From: Hormiphora californensis
Lineage: Eukaryota > Animalia > Ctenophora
DNA: 64,000 nt
Direction of reading: 5' to 3'
NCBI GenBank assembly: GCA_020137815.1
Contig: CM035350.1
Span: 1 to 64,000 of the forward strand
Positions 1 through 15,429 of this stretch are shown here, piece after piece; within the stretch, counting starts at the first letter, position 1; each line of letters begins with the position of its first letter. The position numbers and the translations under genes were made by a program. The notes below the pieces were generated by a model. That model saw only the letters and a list, made by a program, of their open reading frames with translations, did no database searches and had not been told where the DNA came from.

Positions 1-752
<752 letters not shown>

Positions 753-1286
753 GATTGATGACAAGATTATTCATTTTAACCATGGTTGCGATATGACACG
801 ACTGGAAGGTCATAAAGACTTCAACCCGGTCTTATTCGACGCGGAATGGTCGGTTTATGGGAGGTCTTACTCGGGACAAAAATCTCTATCTCGCGTCGTT
901 AAGTCGTCATTTGCATATTTATGCACCTCACGGCGTGCCCGAGGGTAGTTTAACATTTGTTTGAGTGCACACCTCCAATTCCGGTTGTAACTGGTCGGGA
1001 AGACCTCCCTGAAGGTCGTGGTGGTGCGGGAAAAATCATGTAGACCCGCTGCGGCTTCAGAAAATTGAGAAAAAGATAGCTATCTTTTTTTTCACTTTGA
1101 AAATAAGACTTTTTTTATAAAAAAGATCCTATTCACGATTTTATGCATATTTTCAATATTTTCACTTCGGCAGTATACCATACGGATGCGACTATCGCCC
1201 TTTTTGAGCGCCTATTAAACCATGTTCCCGACAAGCTAGGAAGCTGAAATTTTGTATGTAAAGCAACCTCAATGATATCTATTAGT

Positions 1287-2733
<1,447 letters not shown>

Positions 2734-3241
2734 TAGTATTTCAAGTGGATCGATGGTTCCGTTCAATAGTTACGAGGGGGTCCCAAACGCTTACTCTGAT
2801 ACATAATAATAATAATAATACTCAAACTTATATCCTGCCCATATTCTACAGGGACAGCAGAGCTTTACAGATGCTACCACTGAAAGAAACTCAGAGCAGT
2901 TAACTAACACTTGACCCACCACCTTTTTGCAAAACACTTAGAGCGAAAACGGCTGGATTTAGAGCTTTTTGTCCCGGGGAAGACCCCCCATAAATCGACT
3001 ATTCTACGTGTAACAGGCTATATAAAATCTTGATTTGAGTATGGGAAGTCATAAATTATGTATAATTTATGTAAAATTTAATGAATATATTGGTATTAAC
3101 TAGTTTTAGAACGTTTTCATGGACATATTTCGACGCAAAATAGTAATTTATGGGGGGTCTTACTCGGGAAAAAAAATCTTCATCTCGCACCGTTCAGCCG
3201 TTATTCGCATATTTATGCACCGATTCATGATTTAATGCATA

Positions 3242-3891
3242 TTCTTAATTATAAAGTACAAATGCGTGGCGTGATGAGTATGACCTATCCACACGTGCAA
3301 ATGGTGGGGGGTTGTTAGGGAGATGGCTGGGGAGGGTTATTGGAGGTTGTGAGGGGATACTGCACGTGCATGTTTTTGGTTGTTTGTTGCGTGTTCCTGT
3401 GTTGTTCCTGTGGTGTTTTGGGGCCGCCATGATTGCCAAAGCCTTTCTGCCTACGTACCCCGTTGATTCTCTACACAGCTACTATTCTACGGATCTTTAT
3501 CATCTGATTCTACATGTTAATCAGCGGGATTTCCCTTGATGTTTATCACCAGCGCTCTACCACTCTACCAACCTCCGTATTCTTTACCCCGACATGGAGA
3601 GACGAAGATCAGTAAGAGGGGGGGGGGCATAGAGACGGGTCGGGTGGGGGGGGGGGGCTGTTATAGGACTTAACAATGGGCTTTCTAGTCTATATTATAA
3701 AGTACAAATGCGTGGCGTGGTGGTGATGATGTAGTATCATCACGTGCAAATAGAGGGGGTTGCCATAGCCCCTACGCAGCGAGTGATTGATGGCTGCACG
3801 TGCGGGTTGGTGCAGCGGGTGAGAGGGGCGCTCCTGGGTGAGGGGGTGGGGGATTCGGGTCAACGGGTGCTCTACTCCAACGGGCTTTCTA
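3242..3891 (+). mobile_element. Two tandem non-autonomous Helitron units
   Basis: Units start TCT..(A)TTATAAAGTACAAATGCGTGGCGTG (about 3243 and 3689) and end GGGCTTTCTAG|T, fitting TC...CTAG termini at an A|T site. Confidence 0.65.
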
Positions 3892-4333
3892 GTTCTTAAT
3901 ATTTCCACTTCGGTTGGTCCTAGAACGTTTTCATGGACATATTCCAGCGAAGAATAGTCGATTTATGGGGGGTCGTCCCCCTGACAAAAAGTCGTATCTC
4001 TCACCGTTTAGTCGTTATTCGCATATTTATGAAATATTCAAATTCGAAAATATGCAGAAATCAGGAAAAGTTCCGAAAAAATAGCTTTTTCTATTTTACG
4101 CCAAAAAGAACAGAAATTTAGTCCAAAAACCAATTAAATAAATTAGTTTGGATGCCCGGGCCCATGTGGTATCACGGAGGTAACACCTTTAGGCTATAAC
4201 TGTCATAAATGATGGATATCGAGAGAGATAAAGTCAAAGTAAATTAGGATAGAAAGGGTGAGATATAATCAAGAAAGACGGAGAGATAAATAAGAGGAGA
4301 GAGAAAAAAGGAAGATATTGTGAAAGAAACAGT

Positions 4334-4381
<48 letters not shown>

Positions 4382-4561
4382 ACCTTTTACCTTTGACAAG
4401 GTTTAGCTGAAGTAGCTTGGAATCCACTTTAGTAATGGACCCGTTGGAATGTTCCTGCTGGTCTAATAGATAACAACAGGAACACTATAGCAAACAAAGA
4501 AGACAATTTAATGAAATAAATGAAAAGAAGAAACTTAAATGAATAGCACTCTCAGTAAGTA

Positions 4562-5521
4562 CTACTGTGTCCCCGAGGAGACCTCCACCACCTCGCCCTT
4601 TTTGATCCTAAACGACTTCCCAGGGCTCCGCTCCTTCTCCTCTTTCAACTTTTTCACAAGGACCGCCCGAGCCGCTCTCTCCTCAGAAGTAAGGTCGGGA
4701 GAGATATAAACTCGGGAAAACACTTCACTCTCTCTAAGTCGTGTCTTCTTACCAAGAATACACGACTGCATCTCCTTACTTGTCAGGGTTAACTTCAGGG
4801 GTCTAGTCTGACCTGCTGAAAATCTCCCCAACCGCTGAGCACGTTTCACAAGAGGTTTCTCCGCGAGTGTTGTCCACAGCTCCGGTAACAGTTCCTCGCT
4901 GTCTCCAGGACTGTCAGTCAGCCCGTGGATGACAATATTACACGACCTATCCTCGCTTGCTGCAGCAACAGCCTTCTGGATCCTACTAGGAGCCAAGGCT
5001 GTCTCGCATTCCCTCTTTAACGCAGATGAGAAGCTATGAATCTCCTCTTTTGCAATAGTCTGTACCTCTGTAATCACTTCCTCTCTCTTCTCCAAGAGCT
5101 GCTCCTGCAGTTTAAGTAACTGCTCCTGGGCACCAACTAGTGCCTTCTGGGCGGAGATAAGATCCTCCTGACGCTCTATGAGCTTCTTCTCTATCTCACT
5201 GCACTTCCTAGCTTCATTAAACTGGCTCCTCATTACAGGGAACAACCTCTCAACCAACAACTTGCCAGTCATCTCCACCCACGCAACTAAATCATTTTTA
5301 TCCACCTTATCTAATTTGTACTTAGAGGGGGCAGATAAAGTGTCCCATAAACTCTCCTCTGCACCATTATACTCTGCACTAAACACGCCCGTGGTGGGAC
5401 GTGCTCCAGCCATCGCAAATAGTTCCTCTATCATCTCCACAGTTTCTACATGTACATTTTCCAGCTCTGAGTCACTAATTGACTTGTTGCCACTAACCAA
5501 GACTCTAGGACTCACACTCAT
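4562..5521 (-). CDS. LINE ORF1-like protein (coiled coil plus RRM-like C-terminus), 319 aa, in an ORF1-only element (about 4379-5610)
   Basis: Motifs RSCNIVIHGL, RLGRF, RPLKLTL and VYISPDLT are typical of invertebrate CR1/L2-group ORF1. Intact and intronless, with (GA)n on both sides and no ORF2. Confidence 0.75.
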   Translation of the reverse strand: MSVSPRVLVSGNKSISDSELENVHVETVEMIEELFAMAGARPTTGVFSAEYNGAEESLWDTLSAPSKYKLDKVDKNDLVAWVEMTGKLLVERLFPVMRSQFNEARKCSEIEKKLIERQEDLISAQKALVGAQEQLLKLQEQLLEKREEVITEVQTIAKEEIHSFSSALKRECETALAPSRIQKAVAAASEDRSCNIVIHGLTDSPGDSEELLPELWTTLAEKPLVKRAQRLGRFSAGQTRPLKLTLTSKEMQSCILGKKTRLRESEVFSRVYISPDLTSEERAARAVLVKKLKEEKERSPGKSFRIKKGEVVEVSSGTQ

Positions 5522-5601
5522 AACGGTGAAAAGTGACCGTTACAACTATAAAGATAAGAGACGGCCGATTTTCAATGCACAAGCGATAAGAACAAGCAAG
5601 A

Positions 5602-6446
<845 letters not shown>

Positions 6447-6449
<3 letters not shown>

Positions 6450-7010
6450 GTTGGTTTCACCTAGTCTTGGACTAGTTCTCTTGACAGTACTAACAAGACA
6501 ATCCACAAACCGAGTGCTTGAGGAGTGAGAACTGACCCCGTCGACGACAGACACTATGACCGATTTTCAGTCCTTCGGGGCGTGCTCTTATTACCCTTTC
6601 TTTTGCATCCCCTGCATGTTTTAATCTTGACACTGTGCGAAGAACAGAGTCTCGCTAGCTTTATACTTTTTTCGGCTTCACGTACTTCCTACACACGTAT
6701 CCGTGTCGGTCAACTCAGACTGTCTGTCTGATGTGATCGTGATCACTGGTCGGCATCCCGTCTTACTCCCCAGGATGTAGGGATCTAGAACCAGCCCAAA
6801 TCCCTTCCATAGTTCTGCCCCTCTTCCCGATCTCAAACTGAAATCTTACACTTTTCAAAATCCCTTTATATCTGAAGCGTTGACAATATGGTGGTACTGA
6901 GCACCTACGTCTCCTTCGGGTCTTTCATATAAATATTATAATAACACGGTGCCGACAGTAGCTGGCTGCTTAGTGGCTATACCGTAATCCTACCAAACCA
7001 AACCAAACCA
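6447..7010 (+). mobile_element. Probable retroposed fragment with an (AAACC)3 tail between two (GA)n tracts
   Basis: Ends ccaaaccaaaccaaacca|gagagag. No recognisable coding motif. Confidence 0.4.
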
Positions 7011-7018
7011 GAGAGAGA

Positions 7019-7152
7019 GGGGGAGTTGGTCCACCTGCCACCACCTCCAATCGGTTTCCCCCGGGCAACGGGGTCACACGGAGTACCTTTTTCCCCATCC
7101 CCTTTTCCCCCTGTTCGATTTCCAGGTCCGTGTGGCCGCGGCTGAGCGTGGC
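7019..7152 (+). ncRNA. HDV-like self-cleaving ribozyme (predicted)
   Basis: P1 GGGGGAG(7019-25)/TTCCCCC(7056-62); P2 GCCAC(7037-41)/GTGGC(7148-52); P3 ACC/GGT with loop TCCAATC; P1.1 CC(7047-48)/GG(7063-64); P4 GGTCACACGGA/TCCGTGTGGCC; J4/2 GGCTGA with candidate catalytic C7142. Confidence 0.75.
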
Positions 7153-7429
7153 TGTGTATCAGAAATACGGAAAAAATCAGAAAATACAAAATACAAAAAC
7201 ATCTTCTTGGCTAGGCGGCCCACAGTGTATCAACGCCAACTACTATTTTCCTACTCCGCCTTCTCCGCCCTCCGGCTCAGGGTTACCAGTGGAACAGGCA
7301 TCTTCCAGCCAACTGTGGACCCCCAACGCCCCTTTATCCACTAACCCACTAACCAATACTGTTTTTGTTCTACTAACGCCCCTAACCCACTTCTTCCATT
7401 TAGAGGGTTCTACCTTGGAGATGATCCAT

Positions 7430-7765
7430 TGGAACGGGGTGGCTTCCTTACTGGAACGGGGTGGCTGTCCTCTCTGGAGCGGGGTGGCTGTCCTCTCTGG
7501 AGCGGGGTCAGCTGTCTTTACTGGAGCGGGGTCAGCTGTCTTTACTGGAGCGGGGTCAGCTGTCTTTACTGGAGCGGGGTCAGCTGTCCTTACTGGAACA
7601 GGGTCAGCTGTCTTTTCTGGAGCGGGGTGGCTGTCTTCTCTGGAGCGGGGTCAGCTGGCTTCTCTGGAGCGGGGTCAGCTGGCTTTTCTGGAACGGGGTC
7701 AGCTGGCTTCTCTGGAACGGGATCAGCTGGCTTCTCTGGAACGGGGTCGGCTATCTTCTCTGGCT
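7430..7765 (+). repeat. 21-24 bp minisatellite (GGAGCGGGGTCAGCTGTCTTTACT); longer array at 58931-59480
   Basis: Direct tandem units, internal to both copies of the non-autonomous element. Confidence 0.9.
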
Positions 7766-7887
7766 CGACATGTAATCATCATCCATTTGTATAAATTATT
7801 ATCTTTTTCACTGCATTTGGTCAGAGCTCCCTAATCTCTGTTCTGCTTGCGAATCTCTCTAATTGTGAGATATCTATCTCTCCTGCT

Positions 7888-8856
7888 ATGAGCGGTAGTA
7901 CAGCCTCTGCTTGTAGTTTCAAAGACCGGCTGAGAGTGTATAGCGATGAAAGGGTACAGAGAAGTGTTTATGGTGAAGTGCAGGGCGAGCTATTTGACCT
8001 GGTACGGGACCTATTTTCACATGCTGGTATTAAGGATTCCTTCCCGAAGAGTTTGACTGCCGGTCGTAGTGTGTGGGACAGCTTGAAGTGTCCGACTAAG
8101 AGTAAGATCAAGGGGATTAAAAAGCCTGAACTAGAGGATTTCACGGAGAAGGTTTGTCGTTTCCTAATGGAGAGGTGTTACCCGCTGCTTGACCGCCTGA
8201 GTAACGAAGTTGAGGACAGTGAGAGGAGGCTATTGGATGGCCAAGAGGAGCTGATTGCTTCTCAGCGAGCACTGGTGGAGGCCCAGGGACAGCTTGTTAA
8301 ACTGCAGTGTGAATTGTTAGAGAAGCGGGATAAGGAGATAGCTGCGGTACAGTCCACAGCAGAAGAGGAAATCAAGACCTTTTCTTCTGTTCTCAAGAAG
8401 CGGTGTGACACAGCCCTAGCTCCGAAGAGAATCAGCACAGCAATTAGCAGTGCAACAGAGGACAGGATGAGCAATTTGATTGTCCATGGGTTGGATGATT
8501 GTAAAAGTGAAAACAACACCGATTTGGAGTTGGATGTTAGGCGCCTGTTTGATAAAATGGGCGAGTGTACTACCAATGTTTGGGGTATGGAGCGTCTCGG
8601 TAGGTTCAAGGAGGGTACTAACCGACCAGTCAAGCTGCGTTTGAGTGACCGGAATTTCCAAGATCGGGTTCTATCCAGCAAGAGTAGTCTGAAGAACTCT
8701 CAAGATTACAAGGATATTTACATATCCCCTGATCGTTCACCAGAGGAGAGAGAGGAGAGGAGGAAGTTGGTTTCTGAGCTGAGGGCGAGGAAGGAGGAGG
8801 AACCTGGGAAGACCTTTGGAATCAGAGGAGGCAAGGTGGTGGAGGTGATGATTTGA
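7888..8856 (+). CDS. LINE ORF1-like protein, 322 aa, in an ORF1-only element (about 7803-10098)
   Basis: Motifs RMSNLIVHGL, RLGRF, RPVKLRL and IYISPDRS; a clear but divergent paralog of 4562-5521. The element ends in an (ATT)n tail near 10087-10100. No ORF2. Confidence 0.75.
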   Translation: MSGSTASACSFKDRLRVYSDERVQRSVYGEVQGELFDLVRDLFSHAGIKDSFPKSLTAGRSVWDSLKCPTKSKIKGIKKPELEDFTEKVCRFLMERCYPLLDRLSNEVEDSERRLLDGQEELIASQRALVEAQGQLVKLQCELLEKRDKEIAAVQSTAEEEIKTFSSVLKKRCDTALAPKRISTAISSATEDRMSNLIVHGLDDCKSENNTDLELDVRRLFDKMGECTTNVWGMERLGRFKEGTNRPVKLRLSDRNFQDRVLSSKSSLKNSQDYKDIYISPDRSPEEREERRKLVSELRARKEEEPGKTFGIRGGKVVEVMI

Positions 8857-9052
8857 GTGTGTGGGCGTGTGTGTGGGACTGATGATAGGTTTTGTTACCG
8901 GATTTTTTGAGCATCAGAGCACAGGACATTTAACTGGATTATTATAGACATTACAACTTATTATATTTTTTAGGGGTTTGCAGCTAAGGTGAACCGCTCT
9001 GATGCTCTGTGTTACTAGGGTTTTTTAGATTCTAGTATTCTACAGGTAATAA

Positions 9053-10050
9053 GGGAATTTTAGTAAAAAAAGGGCCAAGTTTTCAGCAAAATTTTTAACA
9101 AGCTAATTTCTTCACCAATAGGTCCGGATATGTGTCTAGTATCACCAAAAAAGTACACGATAATCGGAAGTGCGCATGCGCGCTGAGCGCGCAAGAAGTA
9201 AATACATGTATTTCTAGCCTGGCACGAAAACCCAAAAACCATCTTAGGAGACGAGTAGAGAAAAAATCAAGGGCACTAGATTGTGTAGCGTCCTCGCATT
9301 AGTGGGGGTAGGTGCTGGAATTAAGTCTCTATCTCATCTGGTTAATTAGATAATTGGATAATTAGATATGCGCATAACCGTATTTTGGCTATATGGCTAT
9401 AGCCACTTAGGAATGGTTTAGAGACTTTTCATTGGTGCCATTTTGTTCAGAAGAAAATTTCAATCTAAGAGTTGTGGAAAAATTTTGAGCCTATCTCTTA
9501 CGGTTTTGGCGTTATTTGCGGTCAAAGTATGCCAAATCAGTCGAAAATGCCAAAAAGTTAGTTAATTGGCCTTCTTTGACCGCAAATTACGCCAAAACGG
9601 TAAGAGATAGGCTCTAAATTTTTCCACAACTCTTAGATTGAAATTTTTTTCTGAACAAAATGGCACCAATGAAAAGTCTCTAAACCATTCCTAAGTGGCT
9701 ATAGCCATATAGCCAAAATACGGTTATGCGCATATCTAATTATCCAGTTATCTAATTAACCAGATGAGATAGAGACTTAATTCCAGCACCTACCCCCACT
9801 AATGCGAGGACGCTACACAATCTAGTGCCCTTGATTTTTTCTCTACTCGTCTCCTAAGATGGTTTTTGGGTTTTCGTGCCAGGCTAGAAATACATGTATT
9901 TACATGTGTTTACTTCTTGCGCGCTCAGCGCGCGTGCGCACTTCCGATTATCGTGTACTTTTTTTTGGTGATACTAGACACCTATCCGGACCTATTGGTG
10001 AAGAAATTAGCTTGTTAAAAATTTTGCTGAAAAAATATACTAAAATTCCC
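9053..10050. mobile_element. About 1-kb palindromic foldback MITE (PIF/Harbinger-like ends)
   Basis: GGGAATTTTAGTA...TACTAAAATTCCC with TAA on both sides. Arms of about 490 bp are nearly perfect. The internal module recurs at 39120-39460 and 52320-52780. Confidence 0.75.
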
Positions 10051-10439
10051 TAACTAAGGGTCTGAGCGTGTATACAAATGCTGATATTATTATTATTATT
10101 TTTCGCTCGAACCCGTTCCTGCTTGTTTTAGGCTGCCTTAGATTCAGACGGTTTGCTTCTTCAGTTCCTGATAAGTTGTCTCTTCTTAGAATTCATTGTA
10201 GCAGATTGGGCTTTGCAGATAGTTTAGGAGGTCTTGTGCTCCGTCACCATGAGCTTTAATCCCACTTTACTTCCCCCTTTTTAATATCATCCCCTTTACT
10301 TAACCCATATGTACATTGTTAAATTTACCCGTATGTACATTGTTCTACCTACTCTACCTTTACTCCGCAGGCCCTCCGGGCCCTCAGATCCAACAGGATC
10401 CGGGTCCGGGGGATTTAACCCTGCTCTCGCATGGGGCCT

Positions 10440-10521
<82 letters not shown>

Positions 10522-10724
10522 GTGTGAGAGAGAGAGAGAGAGAGAGATAAAGATAGACATATTGAAGGATAACAATTAACAATTAACGAGATATGCCGTT
10601 AATTATGGCAGTAGTCTTATTGTGTTACCCCCGTGACACCACATGGGCCCGGGCATCCAAACTAATTTATTTAATTGGTTTTTGGACTAAATTTACAAAT
10701 ATAGAGTTTTAATAAAACGATATA

Positions 10725-10896
10725 CAGTCGGACCCCGATTTAGGGGCCCCCGATTTAGTGGCACCCCGATTTAGGGACAGGATTTTTTTCCCCCGATATA
10801 GGAAATTAACCTTATTTGACCCCGATTTAGTGGACACCCCGATTTAGTGGACAAGAGCCTTTCCCCCGAGGTTGTCCCTAAATCGGGGTCCGACTG
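10725..10896. mobile_element. Tc1/mariner-pogo type MITE
   Basis: TA TSD, TIR CAGTCGGACCCCGATTTAGGG, internal CCCCGATTTAG repeats. Confidence 0.85.
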
Positions 10897-10991
10897 TATT
10901 TGTAAACCTTTTGTAAAGCTGTTTTATACAATAAAAAGGGGTTGCCATAGTGGGTCCCCATAAATTATTTAAACGCTGCTCCATACCGCAG

Positions 10992-12096
10992 AAAGGGTCA
11001 TGATCCATAAAACAATTTCAGATTCTGATTGTTCTATCGATGAGATAGATCCTCTCGATGAGAGAGAAGAGGTATCAAAACCATCGGGAGTGGAACTGGC
11101 TCAGTTCACTAAGAACTACTCCAGACATGTTGCTCAACAGCATCAAGTACCGTCCAGCACGAGTATTTCTGGGAAAGTTTCATATAAGGTGGGTTAGTTT
11201 TGTAAATGGAATTAAATGTTAGTTAATACAACCCAAAACTCATTTGAATTGACTTTATCAACTGACGGTTAATTTTCATGCATGCAGGCTGCAGGGGGTT
11301 GCAAGTCGGACTATTTCGGGACGACAACCATTCATTTTGGGAAAGATTTACAAGCCACATTTTCTCTTGAGTGGCTGCAACTGATGGAACTGATGACCGG
11401 AATCGATTTACGGAAATCTGCTTTATCCATCACTGTTAACTACGACCAAAATGGCAAGTTATTTGTTTTAACTCGCTTAGACGATAGGACTTAGTTAGTG
11501 TTCTTCACAAACAAACCCCTTCGTTTCTCCCTTCTCTAACCCCATTTTTACCCCACAGGTATAACGAACGTGTGTACCTCGGTACCACGCCCCTTGCCGG
11601 CACCACGGTCCACAAAACGAACCATTTCCAATACCTCCATAGGAAAGCATTCGTCACTTCATGACAAGCGGAAACGGGATTCACTGAGCAACAACCCACC
11701 TGTAAAAAAAGCGTTTATCATAACCGACACTGTCTCTCATCCGTATGTGGAGGAAAATGAAGAGAACACTGAAAAAGTGAGAGAGGATGAGAAATCAGGA
11801 AGACAGGAAGCGGCGCTGCATGGGTTTTAAACTCGTTGTCTCGATCGAGGCTTTACAAAACATCCAAGGACCCTTTTGCCACGCCTGAATCCTCTCCAAA
11901 ACGTGAGCAGATTTCCAAAATCCACCATCAACAGTTAGTTCCGGCTGGTGGGGGAGGAGGAGGAGGGGATCTGGTGGATGTTTCTGTTGTACAAGCACTT
12001 ATGAGGGAAGTTCATAACAACAAAAAGAAGATGAAAATCCAACTGGATTGGAAAGTCACAGTGGCTTCGTCAGATGAAGAAGAAGAGGAGAAATGA
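10992..12096 (+). pseudogene. Spliced gene fragment of unknown function (second copy 14422-15433, inverted 3' fragment about 18825-19125)
   Basis: Exons 10992-11188, 11289-11453 and 11559-12096 are in phase. There is a 1-nt frameshift near 11815 relative to the copy at 14895-15433. No recognisable domain. Confidence 0.45.
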
Positions 12097-13030
12097 GAAT
12101 TGATGATGTAGAGGGGATGGAAGGCAGGGGTTAGGACCACCTGCTACCAAGAGTGTAAAGAAGGTGTTCCGGTGTTCACTGTGTGTTTTCTTCTCGTTCA
12201 AAGGGAGAGAACGGAGCAGCACATCAAGATCATTATGAAGACTACATGTAAACACTAAACCTAAACTATTATGACTACAGCACTGGCTAATTTTCAGCAC
12301 AGGATTAACGGGTTGATAGGCACAGGACTTATTGCGACACAAACCCTTCAATGTGTGAAATTTCCTAACCAATTCTCTGGTGGCGCAACGATGCAACTAG
12401 CGGATCATTACGGAAATGCTACATCACTACACTGACAAAAGCCAAGTTTGTTGTAACCGCTTGGATGATAGAGTTGTTAGAATCTGCACAATCAACAACG
12501 ACCATGTGACCGTCTCACCATGATTAACGGCCTTAATTGTGATTGTCCGGTTACCAATCGTCACAGACCCTAGACGGCTTTAACTAAAATCTAATCTTGT
12601 GAGTGCTCTGACACAGTTTGTCACTTAGAAGGGACCCTCAAATACAAACAAACACACTGTAAAAGTTTTAATTAACCCACAATCTCTCACAGTCCTTGGA
12701 CCATTGCTGAATTCCTTCCAACGTTTGAGCAACTAACAAGAATCGCGTATAGCTAGCCCAGATTTGACAAATCGTTCATCGATCGCCCCTTCCAACCCAA
12801 CTCAAGGACCCTTCCACCCTAACCCCAAACGATCACCATTGCCAAGCTCACATCATGACAAACATCAGTTCCACCGCTGTCGTGAGCACGATCTGTGGAT
12901 CTCCCTCTGACGAGCAGAGGGAAGTCAACAACAGGAAGGAGATGAAATACGGATTGGATGGAAGGCACACTCCATCAAGGAACGTAAACAAGACCCCTTT
13001 AAAGAAGGAGGATGAGAGGAGAATGGAGCA

Positions 13031-13637
13031 GGGACCACCTGCTACCAAGAGTGTAAAGAAGGTGTTCCGGTGTTCACTGTGTGTTTTCTTCTCGTTTCAA
13101 AGGGAGAGAACGGAGCAGCACATCAAGATCCATAATGAGCCACAGAACACTAAACTGTACTACTGCAGCACGTGCAAGTACTCAACACTGATTAAACCCT
13201 ACTTTGATAGGCACAAGAAGTTACATGCTAACACTATTGTTAGACCCTTCAAGTGTAGCTACTGTCCCTACCCTACCAAGGCAGGTTCAGATCCCACACT
13301 AGGGCCCATGAGATGAGGACATCACACTGGGGAGAAACCCTTGTGTGTAGTCTGTGTGATAGAGGATTTGTAGAACAGCACAGCCATCCTAGCAAGGACA
13401 CATGAGGACCGCTCACACTGATGAACGGCCTTATATTTGTGATGTTTGTTCCCGGTCCTACAAGCAACTAACGCACTCCGAGTACATCAGAGGAAGCATT
13501 TTGATGATGCGTATGTGTGTGAATTCTGCCAGAAGAGGTTCTCAACTGTCCACCAGCTACAGAGACATCATGAGTCCCATCAGGATAAAAACATGGCGTG
13601 CCCACTACATGGGTGTAGCTTCAGAACAATCAATCAG
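13031..13637 (+). pseudogene. Frameshifted copy of the C2H2 exon
   Basis: Same sequence as 16381-16978 with several small indels near 13270-13400 and 13470. Confidence 0.6.
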
Positions 13638-13740
13638 GTAAGTGAAGAACAGGGCTGAGTAGTAGAAACACAGAGTGTTGCTTCGTAATCAGAGCTGAGT
13701 AGTACAAATATGTAGGAATATGAATCTTTAAAGGGCCTAA

Positions 13741-14292
13741 AAACCCAAATTTTATTTAATTATTTTGAACACTACATCGTAACAAGCATGCTATTGGAGT
13801 CCCAAAAAACATAGGTACACGCCCCACACGCCCAATGTGAGCCCCTCAAGTTGGGGGCCAGTTGGGGTCCCCTTGTAAACGCGCTTGTACTCCTTGAAAT
13901 GCTAACAATATGATCCTCTCTGAAATTTGAAGTTTTGGGTAAAATTTAGCATTGTGTTTCAGGTGAGTACATAATCTTTCTTGTCTCTGTATTCTGGTAA
14001 TTTTTCTCCTAGTTTTGATAGGCTTAAATAATAATTGATGAGAAAGATTATGAAATCTACTAAAACACAAGGATCATTTCTATCCTAAATTTTATATTTG
14101 AGAGAGCATCATATTGTTAGCATTTCAAGGAGTACAACCGCGTTTACAAGGGGACCCCAAATGGGCCCCAACTTGAGTGGCTCCCCCTGGGCTCACCTGG
14201 GGCCCGTGTGGCGTGTACCTATGTTTTTTGGGACTCCAATAGCATGCTTGTTACAATGGAGTGTTCAAAATAAATAAATAAAATTTGGGTTT
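13741..14292. mobile_element. Palindromic MITE-like element (duplicate at 17082-17633)
   Basis: Inverted arms of about 190 bp, AAACCCAAATTTTATTT...AAATAAAATTTGGGTTT. Confidence 0.7.
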
Positions 14293-15429
14293 GTATGGAG
14301 TCTGCACTTTACGCTGAAACTTGACTGTCTTCAGCTTCTAAAATCTACATTATAATCTGCTGTAAGCTGTTTACCAGCACACAGCAGCAGTTGGATGCGT
14401 CAACTGAGACCCCTTTTTTCAGGGAGTGGAACTGGCTCAGTTCACTAAGAACTACTCCAGACATGTTGCTCAACAGCATCAAGTACCGTCCAGCACGAGT
14501 ATTTCTGGGAAAGTTTCATATAAGGTGGGTTAGTTTTGTAAATGGAATTAAATGTTAGTTAATACAACCCAAAACTCATTTGAATTGACTTTATCAACTG
14601 ACGGTTAATGTTCATGCATGCAGGCTGCAGGGGGTGGCAAGTCGGACTATTTCGGGACGACAACCATTCATTTTGGGAAAGATTTACAAGCCACATTTTC
14701 TCTTGAGTGGCTGCAACTGATGGAACTGATGACCGGAATCGATTTACGGAAATCTGCTTTATCCATCACTGTTAACTACGACCAAAATGGCAAGTTATTT
14801 GTTTTAACTCGCTTAGACGATAGGATTTAGTTAGTGTTCTTCACAAACAAACCCCTTCGTTTCTCCCTTCTCTAACCCCATTTTTACCCCACAGGTATAA
14901 CGAACGTGTGTACCTCGGTACCTCGCCCCTTGCCGGCACCACGCCCTACAAAACGAACCATTTCCAATACCTCCATAGGAAAGCATTCGTCACTTCATGA
15001 CAAGCGGAAACGGGATTCACTGAGCAACAACCCACCTGTAAAAAAAGCGTTTATCATAACCGACACTGTCTCTCATCCGTATGTGGAGGAAAATGAAGAG
15101 AACACTGAAAAAGTGAGAGAGGATGAGAAATCAGGAAGACAGGAAGCGGCGGCGGCATGGGTTTTAAACTCGTTGTCTCGATCGAGGCTTTACAAAACAT
15201 CCAAGGACCCTTTTGCCACGCCTGAATCCTCTCCAAAACGTGAGCAGATTTCCAAAATCCACCATCAACAGTTAGTTCCGGCTGGTGGGGGAGGAGGAGG
15301 AGGGGATCTGGCGGATGTTTCTGTTGTACAAGCACTTATGAGGGAAGTTCATAACAACAAAAAGAAGATGAAAATCCAACTGCATTGGAAAGTCACAGTG
15401 GCTTCGTCAGATGAAGAAGAAGAGGAGAA

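Larger units (their letters stand above)
7019..10443 (+). mobile_element. Non-autonomous R4-like element (ribozyme, minisatellite, 3' UTR), interrupted by nested insertions at about 7803-10098
   Basis: Starts and ends at (GA)n. It retains the last codons LDM* (7764-7775), and 10100-10443 is homologous to the 3' UTR at 6050-6380. Confidence 0.75.

Noticed and set aside
7130-7834. GAGSAVFT-repeat ORFs (also 58750-59752)
   Set aside because: The 21/24-bp repeat is open in several frames, and the frames are not conserved between the two copies.
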